DNA of 63,955 nucleotides, filler included, from Octopus bimaculoides (Eukaryota): NCBI RefSeq assembly GCF_001194135.2. It is 5 parts of 5 records of this genome, joined end to end, with 100 filler letters (N's around TTAATTAATTAA, not from the genome) between each part and the next. Parts side by side here need not be neighbours in the genome. Positions count along the whole stretch, not along the records: positions 37,584 to 60,947 come from NC_068981.1; 4 more parts are not named here. One strand, written 5' to 3'. Below are positions 38,491-51,112 of the stretch, piece after piece; positions within the stretch are counted from its first letter, which is position 1, and every line of letters begins with the position of its first letter. Both the position numbers and the translations under genes were made by a program. The notes below the pieces were generated by a model that saw only the letters and a program-made list of their open reading frames with translations, was not told where the DNA came from and did not search any database.

Positions 38491-39224
38491 AACATTACTG
38501 TTTTGACTCCAACCAGGCAGAAAACTCAGTCGTATATATGTATGACCAAGAATAGTTTGCACAATTAAAGCAAAATTGAGCTCATTGAAATAACTCAGAT
38601 GTGTTGTTATGCATGAATTTGCATAACAGTGACAAAGAAAATTTTGCTTAAAAACCGTACAAGATATAATTTTGGATTATAAAAATTATCTTTACTGGGG
38701 GAGAAATGTTCTGCCATAAGCTGATATTTTTTCCCTTGTTCTATTCCGGATTTTTGAGTTTCCTTTAATTTTTAGCACATAACTAGATCTAAATAATTTA
38801 ATTCTTCTTAAGCCTTTTAATGAATACGCCCATGACAATGAGCCTTTGCTTAGATGGATTAAGATGCATGTATGTGTATAACCTACACACGCATACACAC
38901 ATTTACATATGCACATATATACATGTACACACATATGCGCACACGCAGACATACATATAACGTAACATTCGTCATCAAGCACCGATTCATTATTGCGTTG
39001 TTTTTTGTTGGGGTTTTTTTTATAATTTTTATTTTTTAGAAACAATATTTCCAGTAGCACAGCAATACATTATGGCAATTGTACACATTAACATGTAGAA
39101 AAGCATGATTCACACTTATGGATATTCCCACAGAAGCCTGCATTTTTATCTATTTATTTATTTACTTTGCTCCTCAATCTGACTAGGAAACGGTCTGCAA
39201 CGCCATTTGGAGTAAATTCATCTG

Positions 39225-39345
39225 GGGTGCGGTGAAAAGCATCCACTGGATGTAAAACTGCAAGCGTTGAAGCGATTCGAAGCTGGAAAACATCGGGCGT
39301 ATGTTAGTAAGTTGCCCACATCAGCAATTAGAACTGACCAGAAAA
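39225..39345 (+). mobile_element. Tigger/pogo-like transposase N-terminal HTH remnant
   Basis: KSI/(T)LDVKLQALKRFEAGKHRAYVSKLPTSAIRT (one frameshift) resembles the CENP-B/Tigger HTH_psq R-K-x-I-T-L-x-x-K motif. Confidence 0.5.
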
Positions 39346-39416
39346 TATTGATAACATATTCATTCATTTGTTATTGAAAATATTGATTCATTTATTACCC
39401 CATTAAAGAGTGCTCT

Positions 39417-39670
39417 GTGGAGGCGCAATGGCTCAATGGTTAAGGCAGCTGACTCGCGGTCATAGGATCGCGGTTTCGATTCCCAGACCGGGCGTTGTGA
39501 GTGTTTATTCAGCGAAAACACCTAAGGCTCCACGAGGCTCCAGCAGGGGATGGTGGCGAACCCTGCTGTACTCTTCCACCACAACTTTCTCTCACACTAT
39601 CTTCCTGTTTCTGTTGTGCCTGTAATTCAAAGGATCAGCCTTGTCACACAGTTTCACGCTGAATATCCCC
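39417..39670 (+). mobile_element. tRNA-derived SINE family D
   Basis: A-box TGGCTCAATGG, B-box GGTTTCGATTCC, distinct body, then the tgttgtgcctgtaattcaaagg module. Confidence 0.8.
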
Positions 39671-41124
39671 GGGTTGTGTGCTCATAATCTTAAGATCGTG
39701 GTTTCGATTTTTGGACTAGGCAGCATATTATGTCCAAGAGAAAGAAACTTCATTTTTCTTTGCTCATTTAATAAATATGTATCATCTAATGTACACAGGA
39801 TTTAAACGCGAGTTACAATAAGTTCCATGCTTATGATAGTAGAATAGTCGGACGAGTTAGTATGGCCTTGTGTAAACTATCAAGCTCAAAATACAACACG
39901 GCTACTCTCTGAGGCAAAAACGAGAAAGAACAAGAGAAGAAAGTAAATGAAAATAAATGAAAACGAGAAAAAACAGAGGGAAAAGAGATAAAAAAAAAAT
40001 TGAGTTTCTTTCGTCCGTTAGAACGACAATTAACAATGGTGGCTGAGGTAAAAACGACGGATAGGGCTAAAATTGGTGAAACTGTATGCTTAATCCAGAA
40101 GGGTAGTGTTCTCCAATTCGATAATAGAAACTTACGCAAATGCTTGCATTTAGTGAAAATCTCGGATATACAATTCAGTAGGTCAGTTGAGCTCTTAAAT
40201 TTAAATCTTCTCGGCGACCTGGTCGCGATTGGTCCTTAAGATTTGCCAACTGGATCAGTCTAAGGGAAATAACACGCCCCGTTTAAGGCTCAGACAGTAT
40301 ATATTATTCACTTGTTTAGAAATTAACTGGTGGTAACGGTTTTCTAGCACCGGTTTGAAGAGAGGTTATATGCCCGCTGCCATTGGAGCCTAACTAGTCG
40401 CCTATAAAGTTATATCATTGGTTACTATGATTCAACATACATTTAACTTCATATAAATATATATAGGCATATATAGGCATGTATACATATACATAGACAT
40501 ATATATACACAGTGATAAGGATAATTTTATGCACTTGTGTGGATTATTAGAAGAATGCTGGAAAGAAAAAGCTGTTATTTCAACACTTGTGTTCCTGTGT
40601 GCGTAGTAATGCGTGAGTTTGTGTATTTGCATATATTTTAGCATATGATAATTTGGGTATTTATATATACATGTTAGGACCGGTGTATTGCTGCGCAAGG
40701 TGATTATTTCGAAAGAGATGATGTTAAAATTAAAGTAAATTAGTTATTTTTTATTAAACATAACTAATCCAGAGACCTTTTGATAGCACCTCATATAATA
40801 TGTGTGCGTGTGTGTGTATGTACATCTCCCTTTCTCTTTATCTACCTATCCCTCTATTTATCTATATCTCATCTATATCTATATATAGATGTATAATATA
40901 TCTACTAAATATACAGACACATTTATGTATCATACATTCATTCTCACACGCGGGCATGAATAGAGATTTAGAAGTACATGAAAGATAACGAGAGAGGAAC
41001 ACTAATAAAAAAAAGAAAGAAAGAAAGAAAGAAAGAAAGGACAGAAGGAAGTAGAGAAAGAAAGAAAGAAAGAAAGAAAGGACAGAAGGAAGTAGAGAAA
41101 GAAAAACAGAACGACAGAGAAGAG

Positions 41125-41186
<62 letters not shown>

Positions 41187-41352
41187 TGGACAGAGAAGCA
41201 AAATGGAAAAGGGAGATCGGTAGAACTTTTTGGTCTTTTTTTTTTGTTTTGTTTTTTAGCTGAAAATTTCTGCCGTTAGTGGTCGTTTTCCAAATGACTC
41301 ATCACTAAACCGGTTCATAACACTGGAACCTTTCTTTTGTGGCCGCAATGAC

Positions 41353-41354
<2 letters not shown>

Positions 41355-41402
<48 letters not shown>

Positions 41403-41470
41403 GTAATAATAGCATTATTATTAATACTACTAATAATAATAACAACACCAATAATAATAATAATAATAAT
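41355..41470. repeat. (AAT)n microsatellite
   Basis: Long, partly interrupted AAT tract. Confidence 0.9.
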
Positions 41471-42495
41471 GTAGAATAAATAAATAAGTAAATGCTTCTG
41501 GATCACCCAAAGTCAGTGTTCTGAGTGACCCCTTCTTAATGCATTATATGTATATGCATAAAATATATGCATTTATATTACCATATTTGGACAGTGCGCA
41601 AAATGGACTCGATGAGAATTTTGTGCTTTTTAAACTCCATAGCCGATGTTTTATACACGTATGCTTGTATGTATGTATGTATGTATGTATGTATGTATGT
41701 ATGTATGTATGTATGTATAATATATATTATGTATATATGTATATGTATGTGTATTTATGTATACGTATATAAATATAAACATATATATATAGAGAGAGAG
41801 AGATTCAGAAAAATTATATTACATACCATAATTTTTCTGAATCTTCAGATTTTTTCAATATGCTCGGCCACTGGTTTAAATTGTTATTAATCAAATTAAT
41901 ATTCAATTTTTTACCCTTATTATTTAAAGATATATATATGTATATANNNNNNNNNNNNNNNNNNNNNNNNNNNNNNNNNNNNNNNNNNNNNNNNNNNNNN
42001 NNNNNNNNNNNNNNNNNNNNNNNNNNNNNNNNNNNNNNNNNNNNNNNNNNNNNNNNNNNNNNNNNNNNNNNNNNNNNNNNNNNNNNNNNNNNNNNNNNNN
42101 NNNNNNNNNNNNNNNNNNNNNNNNNNNNNNNNNNNNNNNNNNNNNNNNNNNNNNNNNNNNNNNNNNNNNNNNNNNNNNNNNNNNNNNNNNNNNNNNNNNN
42201 NNNNNNNNNNNNNNNNNNNNNNNNNNNNNNNNNNNNNNNNNNNNNNNNNNNNNNNNNNNNNNNNNNNNNNNNNNNNNNNNNNNNNNNNNNNNNNNNNNNN
42301 NNNNNNNNNNNNNNNNNNNNNNNNNNNNNNNNNNNNNNNNNNNNNNNNNNNNNNNNNNNNNNNNNNNNNNNNNNNNNNNNNNNNNNNNNNNNNNNNNNNN
42401 NNNNNNNNNNNNNNNNNNNNNNNNNNNNNNNNNNNNNNNNNNNNNNNNNNNNNNNNNNNNNNNNNNNNNNNNNNNNNNNNNNNNNNNNNNNNNNN

Positions 42496-42578
<83 letters not shown>

Positions 42579-43324
42579 CATACATACATACATATATACA
42601 TACATACATACATACACATGCATACACACTAGTAAACATATGTAGGAAACATATCTGTGGCTCTCACGCTGTCAGAATATATATGTCTTTTCTGGACGCG
42701 AACTGTACTTAGTTGGACGTCATTCTTTTCGCCTCCCAACATCTTTTCTCTCTTTTTTCTCTTTTACTATTTTCTTCTTTATCTATTCAATATCCTTTCA
42801 AAATTTCTCCCAGGCGTTGCACATTACAATGCGTCTTGGCCTAACGGACTTTAATGTTTGTCTTCGTAGATTGCTTACTCTGTACATCCACTCTGTCGTC
42901 GTTTGTTCGTTCGAAACTCTAACTCTCCACAAATTTTATATTTTTAAATTTTTTGGATGCTGCTGTTTAATGAAGCTTTCCTATATTGTTGTTGAAAACT
43001 CGAAATAAGGAGTGATTAACAGTCGACAACNNNNNNNNNNGAAATAAGACAATTTTTTACATGAAATAAATTCGAATACAAAAATATTTTTCTGTTCTAT
43101 AACACAAAATAGATAAGTATACGAAGTTTGAAAGTCTTTCGGTACCAAAAACACTACGTAAAACATTAATGAAAAATGTGGCCCCCGTTTTAAAAAAGTT
43201 CCCTTGGCTCTCATTATGTTTACGTATTTTTCACTCATTGGTGATATCCTGCTCTTATTGTATATTTTGGGGTAATTTGTTCTTATTATCGCTCGTTGGT
43301 GATGTCCTGTACTTGTATTTATTA

Positions 43325-43537
43325 TTTGTGTCTGTGTTTGTCCCCCTCCACTCCAACATCGCTTGACAACCAATGTTGGTGTGTTTACATCCCCGTAACT
43401 TATCGGTTTAGCAAAGAGAGACGATAGAATAAGTACTAGGCTTACAAAGAATAAGTCCTAGAGTCGATTTGCTCGATTAAGGGTGGTGCTCCAGCATGGC
43501 CGCAGTCAGATGGCTGAAAGAAGTAAAACGATAAAAG

Positions 43538-43538
<1 letters not shown>
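43325..43538 (+). mobile_element. SINE family A, 3' half
   Basis: gtgtctgtgtttgtccccc...catcgcttgacaacc...ctccagcatggccgcagtc. Confidence 0.8.
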
Positions 43539-43569
<31 letters not shown>

Positions 43570-44212
43570 NNNNNNNNNNNNNNNNNNNNNNNNNNNNNNN
43601 NNNNNNNNNNNNNNNNNNNNNNNNNNNNNNNNNNNNNNNNNNNNNNNNNNNNNNNNNNNNNNNNNNNNNNNNNNNNNNNNNNNNNNNNNNNNNNNNNNNN
43701 NNNNNNNNNNNNNNNNNNNNNNNNNNNNNNNNNNNNNNNNNNNNNNNNNNNNNNNNNNNNNNNNNNNNNNNNNNNNNNNNNNNNNNNNNNNNNNNNNNNN
43801 NNNNNNNNNNNNNNNNNNNNNNNNNNNNNNNNNNNNNNNNNNNNNNNNNNNNNNNNNNNNNNNNNNNNNNNNNNNNNNNNNNNNNNNNNNNNNNNNNNNN
43901 NNNNNNNNNNNNNNNNNNNNNNNNNNNNNNNNNNNNNNNNNNNNNNNNNNNNNNNNNNNNNNNNNNNNNNNNNNNNNNNNNNNNNNNNNNNNNNNNNNNN
44001 NNNNNNNNNNNNNNNNNNNNNNNNNNNNNNNNNNNNNNNNNNNNNNNNNNNNNNNNNNNNNNNNNNNNNNNNNNNNNNNNNNNNNNNNNNNNNNNNNNNN
44101 NNNNNNNNNNNNNNNNNNNNNNNNNNNNNNNNNNNNNNNNNNNNNNNNNNNNNNNNNNNNNNNNNNNNNNNNNNNNNNNNNNNNNNNNNNNNNNNNNNNN
44201 NNNNNNNNNNNN

Positions 44213-44244
<32 letters not shown>

Positions 44245-45121
44245 GTCAGAGGAAATAGATATAGAGGATGCTGTGTTATTGTTTCAGTAATCATGTAGTA
44301 GAACCGCGAAAATAGTTTTGACACTGTACAATAAATAAAGAAAGAAAAGTGAATACAACAGTTAAATGGCTGAAGATGTTTCTACCACTGTGTAATTGTT
44401 TCAATTTCAACAAACAGTCTGAGATTAAATCAGTTGCCTAACAAGACTAACTCCAAAAACAAAATTCAGATTACTAAACATAAAATATTGGTCACTTAAC
44501 ATGTCTCAACAACACGTTGATATAAATAGTACGACTGTTACAATAAAACATTCTTTTGTTGTTATCGAAATCTTTACTTAGAATATTTTCTCGGCGTTTT
44601 TATGTCCCTGTTTGCATTCACTTTCTAATGAACGTGTGGTTATTTGTAAAGTGACTATTACGTGCTCGCTAAATTTTTACTCCAAGCTGACGTCATACTT
44701 TGTTTACTCTCACGTACTTATGAAAAAAGGAAATATCCGCCGTAGCAATATCGAGAACTGTGTATATGTTTCTGGTTTTAAGTCATCAGGATTGCTACTC
44801 GGGAGAGCCCAGTTAAAAGTGATATGATAAAGTAAAGCTACAGCATAACTTGTAGCTATGTTATGCTACCGATTACCATACCACAGAAGGTTTTCAAGAA
44901 TTGAAAGATTCATAAAGCACAATGCAGATTGCACATAGAAAATACAAGGGGAAGTTCACAAATATCTGATTTACTCGGTATCTCAATAAACTAACAAAAT
45001 AAACAAATACGTGAAGTTTGGTGAGGTTATCTGCAGTTATCGAGAAAGACAGTAGTAGACTGAGTGATTTTTTAAAATTAAAACTAGTTAAGATTTTCAA
45101 ATCAAACGTTATAAATATAAA

Positions 45122-45480
45122 AACAAAAAGTACTCAGAGAGCGCAAATCTCCGCCAAGGCAACACCAACGTCCTCTCAACGATTTTTAAAATGAGATTAT
45201 CTGAATTAAACTCGACTGCTCTCACAAACGAGAATACTAAAAATGAACCCGATCGCTCTCAAAAGTTAAGTAAAAAAAACAGGAAAAATAATCCAGAATC
45301 TTTGTATGGTACCGGATCGATTCCAAGATCTAATCAGTTCATACCAGTCACGAGACCAAACATCCCTGAAAGTTTCATCCGAATTCATTCGGGAGTTCTC
45401 GAGATATCTTGTCCACGGACAAACAAACAAACATACACGACTGAAACAATACCGCCGCCTTCGCCAAGGCGGAGGTAATA
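45122..45480 (+). mobile_element. Non-autonomous Helentron/Helitron2-like element
   Basis: 5' subterminal ctccgccaaggc, internal (AAAC)n seed, 3' hairpin CCGCCTT-cgcc-AAGGCGG (45455-45472, extended by ACC/GGT) a few nt from the end; this layout matches HINE/DINE-type elements. Confidence 0.6.
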
Positions 45481-45879
45481 ATATGTGTTATGACGTCATA
45501 GTTGTATAATGGAAAAAAACCAATATGCCATAATGAACCCCATGTAAAATGAAAATAAAAAAATTCTTTCTGACAACAGAATTCGTGTTTCGTTTCATAT
45601 TCTATAGACCTATTTTCTGGGTCATATCCGCAAAGGTTTTGTGGAATGTATTTCGATCTGACCACAGGACATTAAATCCAGATATATCTGACTTGTTCGC
45701 CTCTATGGCACCATTAGACATTGTATAACGTGAATCAAAAATTTACTTTCGGTTAGCTGCCATGCAGCCGCCACAATTGAACAAATTTAGCCGCTTAAGT
45801 TCATCCGTCAGTTTGCTAATTTTGTGAATATCTGTGCATATCGAAAGGTTACGCAGCGTTGAAACATAATCGATTCATC

Positions 45880-46380
45880 TAGGCTGCCATCATCAGCGTA
45901 GTTTACCCCCTGAAAATGTTGATCGTATTATAAATTTCTGTATGATGTGGTATCTGGCAAGGCCAATACAATGGCTGTTAAATTTCCTCCCCGACAGAGA
46001 AAAGAAACAAAAAAGACGAAACGGTATCTAACTACCATTGCATCCGAGGCGTACCAACTCTTCATCAATGACTTTCTATATGTCTCATTCACAAAGTCGA
46101 GCATCTCTGAATTACAACCCACAAATATGTTATTCCCTCCCAAATATCTAATCATATATGCGCACGCTAATACGAGACCAATTTATTTATTTTGGTGGAA
46201 GTTTGCATCAAACTCCCAACAATACTATGCTACTCTTGGAACAAATTACTTCCAATGATCGTCGGAGATCTGGAAGAGCTGTACATGGTGAACGATTATC
46301 CATCATGCAAAGACGACACATTATTGAAAAGCTTCAACTTTGAAGAAAAGGAGGTAATCCTCTCCATCACTTGTAACTGA
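45880..46380 (+). mobile_element. Degenerate DNA-transposon transposase fragment (possibly Sola-like)
   Basis: Frameshifted: ENVDRIINF/..VS-GK...KKTKRYLTTIASEAYQLF...SFTKSSISELQP/NHICAR*YETNLFILVE...LLPMIVGDLEELYMVNDYPSC. Resembles, from recall only, the KQKRxL...ELYxxF...FSKFxxLRP...CxCxxHxN pattern of invertebrate transposases. Confidence 0.35.
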
Positions 46381-47207
46381 AATAACATATTTTGCTGTTC
46401 TCTGTGTCGATGAAATACACCAAAGACATCAGCAAATGAATAAGCGCTTCATCTAATGCAAAAAGACAAAAAACGGAGAAAATGGTACACAATTACGAAT
46501 ACAAGCAACAAGAAAATAACAACCGGTGTCTTTCAACTGAGAACGAATCCAATTGAGCTGGCGTGTATGAAGTGAAAGCATAAAGGCAGGAACATAGAAG
46601 ATGGACATAAGAGGTGTTGGCGGTCGGTAGTCAGGCCAAGAAAGAAAGATCATGGCTGGTCGAGCACTGGTCACGTAGAAAGAGGAGAGAAGGGTAAGGG
46701 GCAGCGGGATTGAAGGATTAGAAAAAATCAGAGACAAAGAGAAAGGTAAAGGGGAAATAAACGATTTGGAAATATTGGGAGTTAAAGAAAGAGAGGACCA
46801 AGAAATGTGGGAGAGAGAGGGGGAGCGAGAAAAAGAAAAAAGGAAGAAAGTGAGAGGGAGACTAAAAGCTAGAGTAAGAGTCGTACAAAATTTAGATACA
46901 TACCTACTATAAGGTGAGAACAAGGGTGTACGTACGCCGCTATATGTATCTATAAATATAAAAATGGAACAAAAACTAATAGAGTACAATAAAACATTCG
47001 GACACATAGACGATACAAAGGCGGATAAGAGAAACATTTAGAAGGACAGGCAAAAAAAAAAAAAGACGGGTCATTCGTGGCCTTCTTTCTTAAGTCAAAT
47101 ACCAGAAGTCACGGCCGTTTCGGGCAGTTACACTTGAAATGGTTCGATCTGGTTGCCCCCAAAAAACCTGCACGTAATGGGAAAATACTCTGAAAGTATG
47201 TGTGTAG

Positions 47208-47370
47208 GACGGGTTTCTTTCAGTTTCTGTCCACCAAATCCACCCACAAGGCTTTGGTCGGCCCGAAGCTATAGTGAAAGACACTTGCCCCAATCTGTCA
47301 CGCAATGGGACTGAACCCGGGACCGTGTGGTTGGGAAGCAAGCTTCTTACCACACAGCCACGCCTGCGCC
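47208..47370 (-). mobile_element. SINE family A head
   Basis: Reverse complement of ggcgcaggcgtggctgtgtggtaagaagcttgc...ccgggttcagtccc. Confidence 0.85.
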
Positions 47371-47493
47371 ATGTCTATTTTCGGAGATGAACTTGTCTGG
47401 CATGTGATTTAATCTGAGAGTGTATGTTGAAACTAAGACAATTACAGCGTGCTGTATGTATTAGTGTGGACTGAAAGCAAAAATTTACAAACA

Positions 47494-47682
47494 AGGCGCA
47501 GGAGTGGCTGTGTGGTAAGTAGCTTGCTTACCAACCACATGGTTCCGGGTTCAGTCCCACTGGGTGGCACCTTGGGCAAGTGTCTTCTACTATAGCCTCG
47601 AGCCGACCAAAGCCTTGTGAGTGGATTTGGTAGATGGAAACTGAAAGAAGCCCATCGTATATATATGCATATGACGTTAAAC

Positions 47683-47724
<42 letters not shown>

Positions 47725-47950
47725 ATGTATGTGTGTATATGTTTGTCCCCCACCATCGCTTGACAACCGATGCTGGTGTGTTTACGTCCCCGTAACTTAG
47801 CGATTCGGCAAAAAGAGACCGATTGAATTAAATACTAGGCTTACAAAGAATAAGTCCTGGGGGTCGATTTTCTCGACTAAAGGCGGTGCTCCAGCATGGC
47901 CGCAGTCAAATGACTGAAACAAGTAAAAGAGTAAAAGAGTAAAAGAGTAA
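47494..47950 (+). mobile_element. Full-length tRNA-derived SINE family A (central microsatellite, (AAGAGTA)n tail)
   Basis: A-box TGGCTGTGTGG, B-box GGTTCAGTCC, ccttgggcaagtgtcttct core, tail gactgaaacaagtaaaagagtaaaagagtaaaagagta. Confidence 0.9.
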
Positions 47951-48934
47951 ACCATCAGACCGCTGTCTGAGGAGTTTGATACTCAGCGTTCAGTAAACCA
48001 TTCAACATGCTTTCCCCAAAACGAGAAGCCATTGTCGGAGCTTGAACTAACTTTCCAAGTGAAGTTTTCGAACCCTTGATCTTAACCTCACATTTATCAC
48101 CTACATCAAATCTTCTCATCTCACACCTACATTTTATATCGATTCATTAGTTCTCACCTCACATTCACCTTCTACGCCAAAATCGCCAATCTCACTTCCT
48201 CTCATCCCCATTCTTATATACTTCCATGTTTCTCTCCTCCTCTTTTCAGCGCTTTTCCTCCTCCCATCAACACGTCACCTCATAACACCTACCTCTCTTT
48301 CTTTTACAACCTCTACTCACCTCTCTCACCTTTCATCATCCCGCCGATCACCTCCTTTCATCTCTATTACCACCACCCTTCATCTCCACTCCCCATTTCC
48401 AACACTTAACATCCCCTCCACACCTCTTCTACTTGCAGCCTCTCTCAACACTTCATGGGTCACTAAAATTCCCGGCATACTCCGTCGATTCTCTCTCTCT
48501 CTCTGACTATTCTTCTATTCCTATCTTTCTATTCCTTCTCTCTCCTCTTTCCCCTCCTTCTCTATCTCCCCCTCTCTCTCTTACTTTGTCTCGTTTACTG
48601 TCTTTTGTATTCTTCACACCCACCCGCCATCATAATGCACTCAATGCCATTCTCTGTCAACCCTTTGCCACCCTAACACCCATTTAGGAACATCAGTGCT
48701 AACGAGGCTAAAGTCACAAATGCCTCTGCTTACCATCAAAGACAATAAAATAAATAAATAAACACAAATAACATATAAATAAGATATAAATAAAATATAA
48801 AACAATCACAGACTCTGCTACTCCCACTTATTCAACCATTCGCTGTATCCTTTTTCCTGTTTCCTTAAAATATAATTACATTCCTGCGACGGTGTAAGTT
48901 CTTACCATTTCTTCACAAGAAACATTATCATTAT

Positions 48935-48955
48935 TGTTATTATTATTATTATCAC

Positions 48956-49022
<67 letters not shown>
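48935..49022. repeat. (ATT)n microsatellite
   Basis: Long ATT tract. Confidence 0.9.
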
Positions 49023-49024
<2 letters not shown>

Positions 49025-49025
<1 letters not shown>

Positions 49026-49222
49026 GGCAGAATAAGTTGACTGAACCCCTTTACGTTTTGAGTTCAAATCTGATCTCTATCGACTTTACCTTTCAACCTT
49101 CCATTAACGACAAGAATTAATTACCAGTCAAGTACTGGTGATTTTCTCAACTAATTCTTCCCTCCCTCGTTTTCATACATTTGTGGTCTTGCGCGAATTT
49201 AAGAAATTATTATTATTATTAT
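49025..49222 (+). mobile_element. SINE family C, diverged
   Basis: tttacgttttgagttcaaatc...cgactttacctttcaacc...ttaccagtcaagtactgg...(att)n. Confidence 0.6.
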
Positions 49223-49254
49223 TGACAATATCAGTGTTTTTTTGTTGTTTTTTT

Positions 49255-49488
49255 TTTATTTCTTTCACACATCTGACTGTAACCATGCTGGAGCACCACC
49301 TTGATGAGTTTTAGTCGAACAAATCCACTCCACGACTTATTCTTTGTAAGCCTAGTACTTATCCTATCGGTCTCTTTTGCCGTACTGCTAAGTTACGGCA
49401 CAGAAACACACCAAAACTGGTTGTCAAGCGGTGATGAGGGGACAAATACAGACACAAACACACACATACACTCACACGCACACACACG

Positions 49489-49527
<39 letters not shown>

Positions 49528-49679
49528 TGAGCTTTCAGTTTCCGTCTACCAAATCCACTCACAAGGCTTTGATTGACCCAAGGCTATAGGAAAAGACACT
49601 TGTCCAAGGTGCTACGCAGTGGGACTGAAACCGGAACCATGCGGTTGAGAAGCAAGCTTCTTACCACACAGCCACGCCT
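49255..49679 (-). mobile_element. Full-length SINE family A
   Basis: Collinear reverse complement of 47494-47950. Confidence 0.85.
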
Positions 49680-49823
49680 TATTTCTCTCTTTTTTTTGTA
49701 GTAAAACCCTTACTTAAGCTGTATTTGCCTTCAATCTTTAAGGGCAATCGATGATAACGAAATAGGGGTCACGTAAAGGGTCACTTTAATTGACTATAGC
49801 CTTCTTCTAAAATATGTTGCCAT

Positions 49824-49980
49824 GGGCTTCTTTTAGTTTCCGTCTGCCAAATCCACTCACAAGGCTTTAGTCGGCCCGAAACTATAGTTGAAAAGGCAAT
49901 TGCCGAAAGTGCCACACAGTGGGACAGAGCCCGGAACCATATGGTTGTGAAGCAAGCTTCTTACCAAACAGCCACGCCTA
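49824..49980 (-). mobile_element. SINE family A head
   Basis: gggcttcttttagtttccgtctgccaaatccactcacaaggc...caagcttcttaccaaacagccacgcc. Confidence 0.8.
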
Positions 49981-50429
49981 CACGCCCACGTCTAAAAAAA
50001 AAAAAAATTAAGAGAGGAAGTGCATGATTCTACTAACATCATCAATTATAAGTTTGATCAGTAACAGCTAATCTTGGTTAAAACAACAATAGCAACTTAA
50101 GTCTCCCCAAACTTAGCCCCTTTTAGATTTGATCCTCTGTCACTGGACCCATCCTTTCTTCATACTCTTCTAAAAAACATAACACATTAAGAATATAGGA
50201 ACTGTATGCTTCCCTGCTGAAAATTCTGCTCGGATATCTCTTGACTTTAATGCCTTGCTGATTTATACTTTTAGCAAGAAACTGCATACTGACGGCACGA
50301 GTGAAGTAACACAACTTGATCATGACACGAATGAAGAACTTTTAAATGCTCTTATGGGAATTTGGTGTAATATTTTACAATAAAAAAAAAGCCAACAATG
50401 ACTTCCAAGCTACAAATAAGGGGACGCCC

Positions 50430-50830
50430 ACCCCTACTTTATATGCCTTTAGGAAGGGTCATAAAACTCTTACTGATCCTGTAGCCGGCCTACCCACATG
50501 CTTTGTGTGTTATGCTAACAATGCCAAAAAGCTGTGGATGATCACATCTTTCTGCGCTAAATGTACGTCTCTTAATAGAGATATCAATGGACGTTTCTGA
50601 CAGCACGGAAGACCTCCTCAGCAGGATTGATGGGTGTAACCGTGCGTAAAATCTCACCAACTATGTGAGAATTGATTTATAACAGCGAGCTAGCGTTCTA
50701 TGATGTTGGCATTGATGATCTGAGTCTGTTCTTAGCATTAACCCATAAACATAGCTATTTGTCTGAATCCTATCTAAAAACATTTTGCACTTCTCGAAAT
50801 AGAACCCCACTACCATCACTTCTGCCTTTT
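50430..50830 (+). mobile_element. Degenerate Penelope-like element RT fragment
   Basis: TPTLYAFRKGHKTLTDPVAGLPTCFVC (PLE P-x-LY-x-x-x-K-x-HK...P-x-RP motif), DSTEDLLSRID and GIDDLSLFLAL...LKTFC, across several frames with stops. Confidence 0.5.
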
Positions 50831-51112
50831 AGAAAGACCCCGGTCAAACGTTGGGTGGATTTGATCAAACCCACCTCTAAACCTGTCAAATAAGCTCTGA
50901 CATTTGACGGTAGTCCCCACCACACACACTGAATAAAATAAATAAACTGTTTAGCAACAGGCAAAAAGTATTACCAGTGTTAGGATTGCTGGAAATATCA
51001 TCAACCTTTCATGATGTTGGATAGCAACTAAAATATAGACTGTCTAACCGTCACCTGCGAACTATTTCCTATATGAGTTTGAGCCTAAATACATATTTGC
51101 TTGTATTTTAAC

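Noticed and set aside
40021-40101. Possible next reelin exon (ERQLTMVAEVKTTDRAKIG…, phase-compatible)
   Set aside because: Lacks the expected reelin R-x-x-x-T-x-x-L-D...LQF motif, has a weak donor, and lies across a scaffold spacer.
41260-41357. Strong acceptor followed by LKISAVSGRF…CGRNDE*
   Set aside because: The two other frames stop immediately, the phase is incompatible with reelin, and no homology is recognised.
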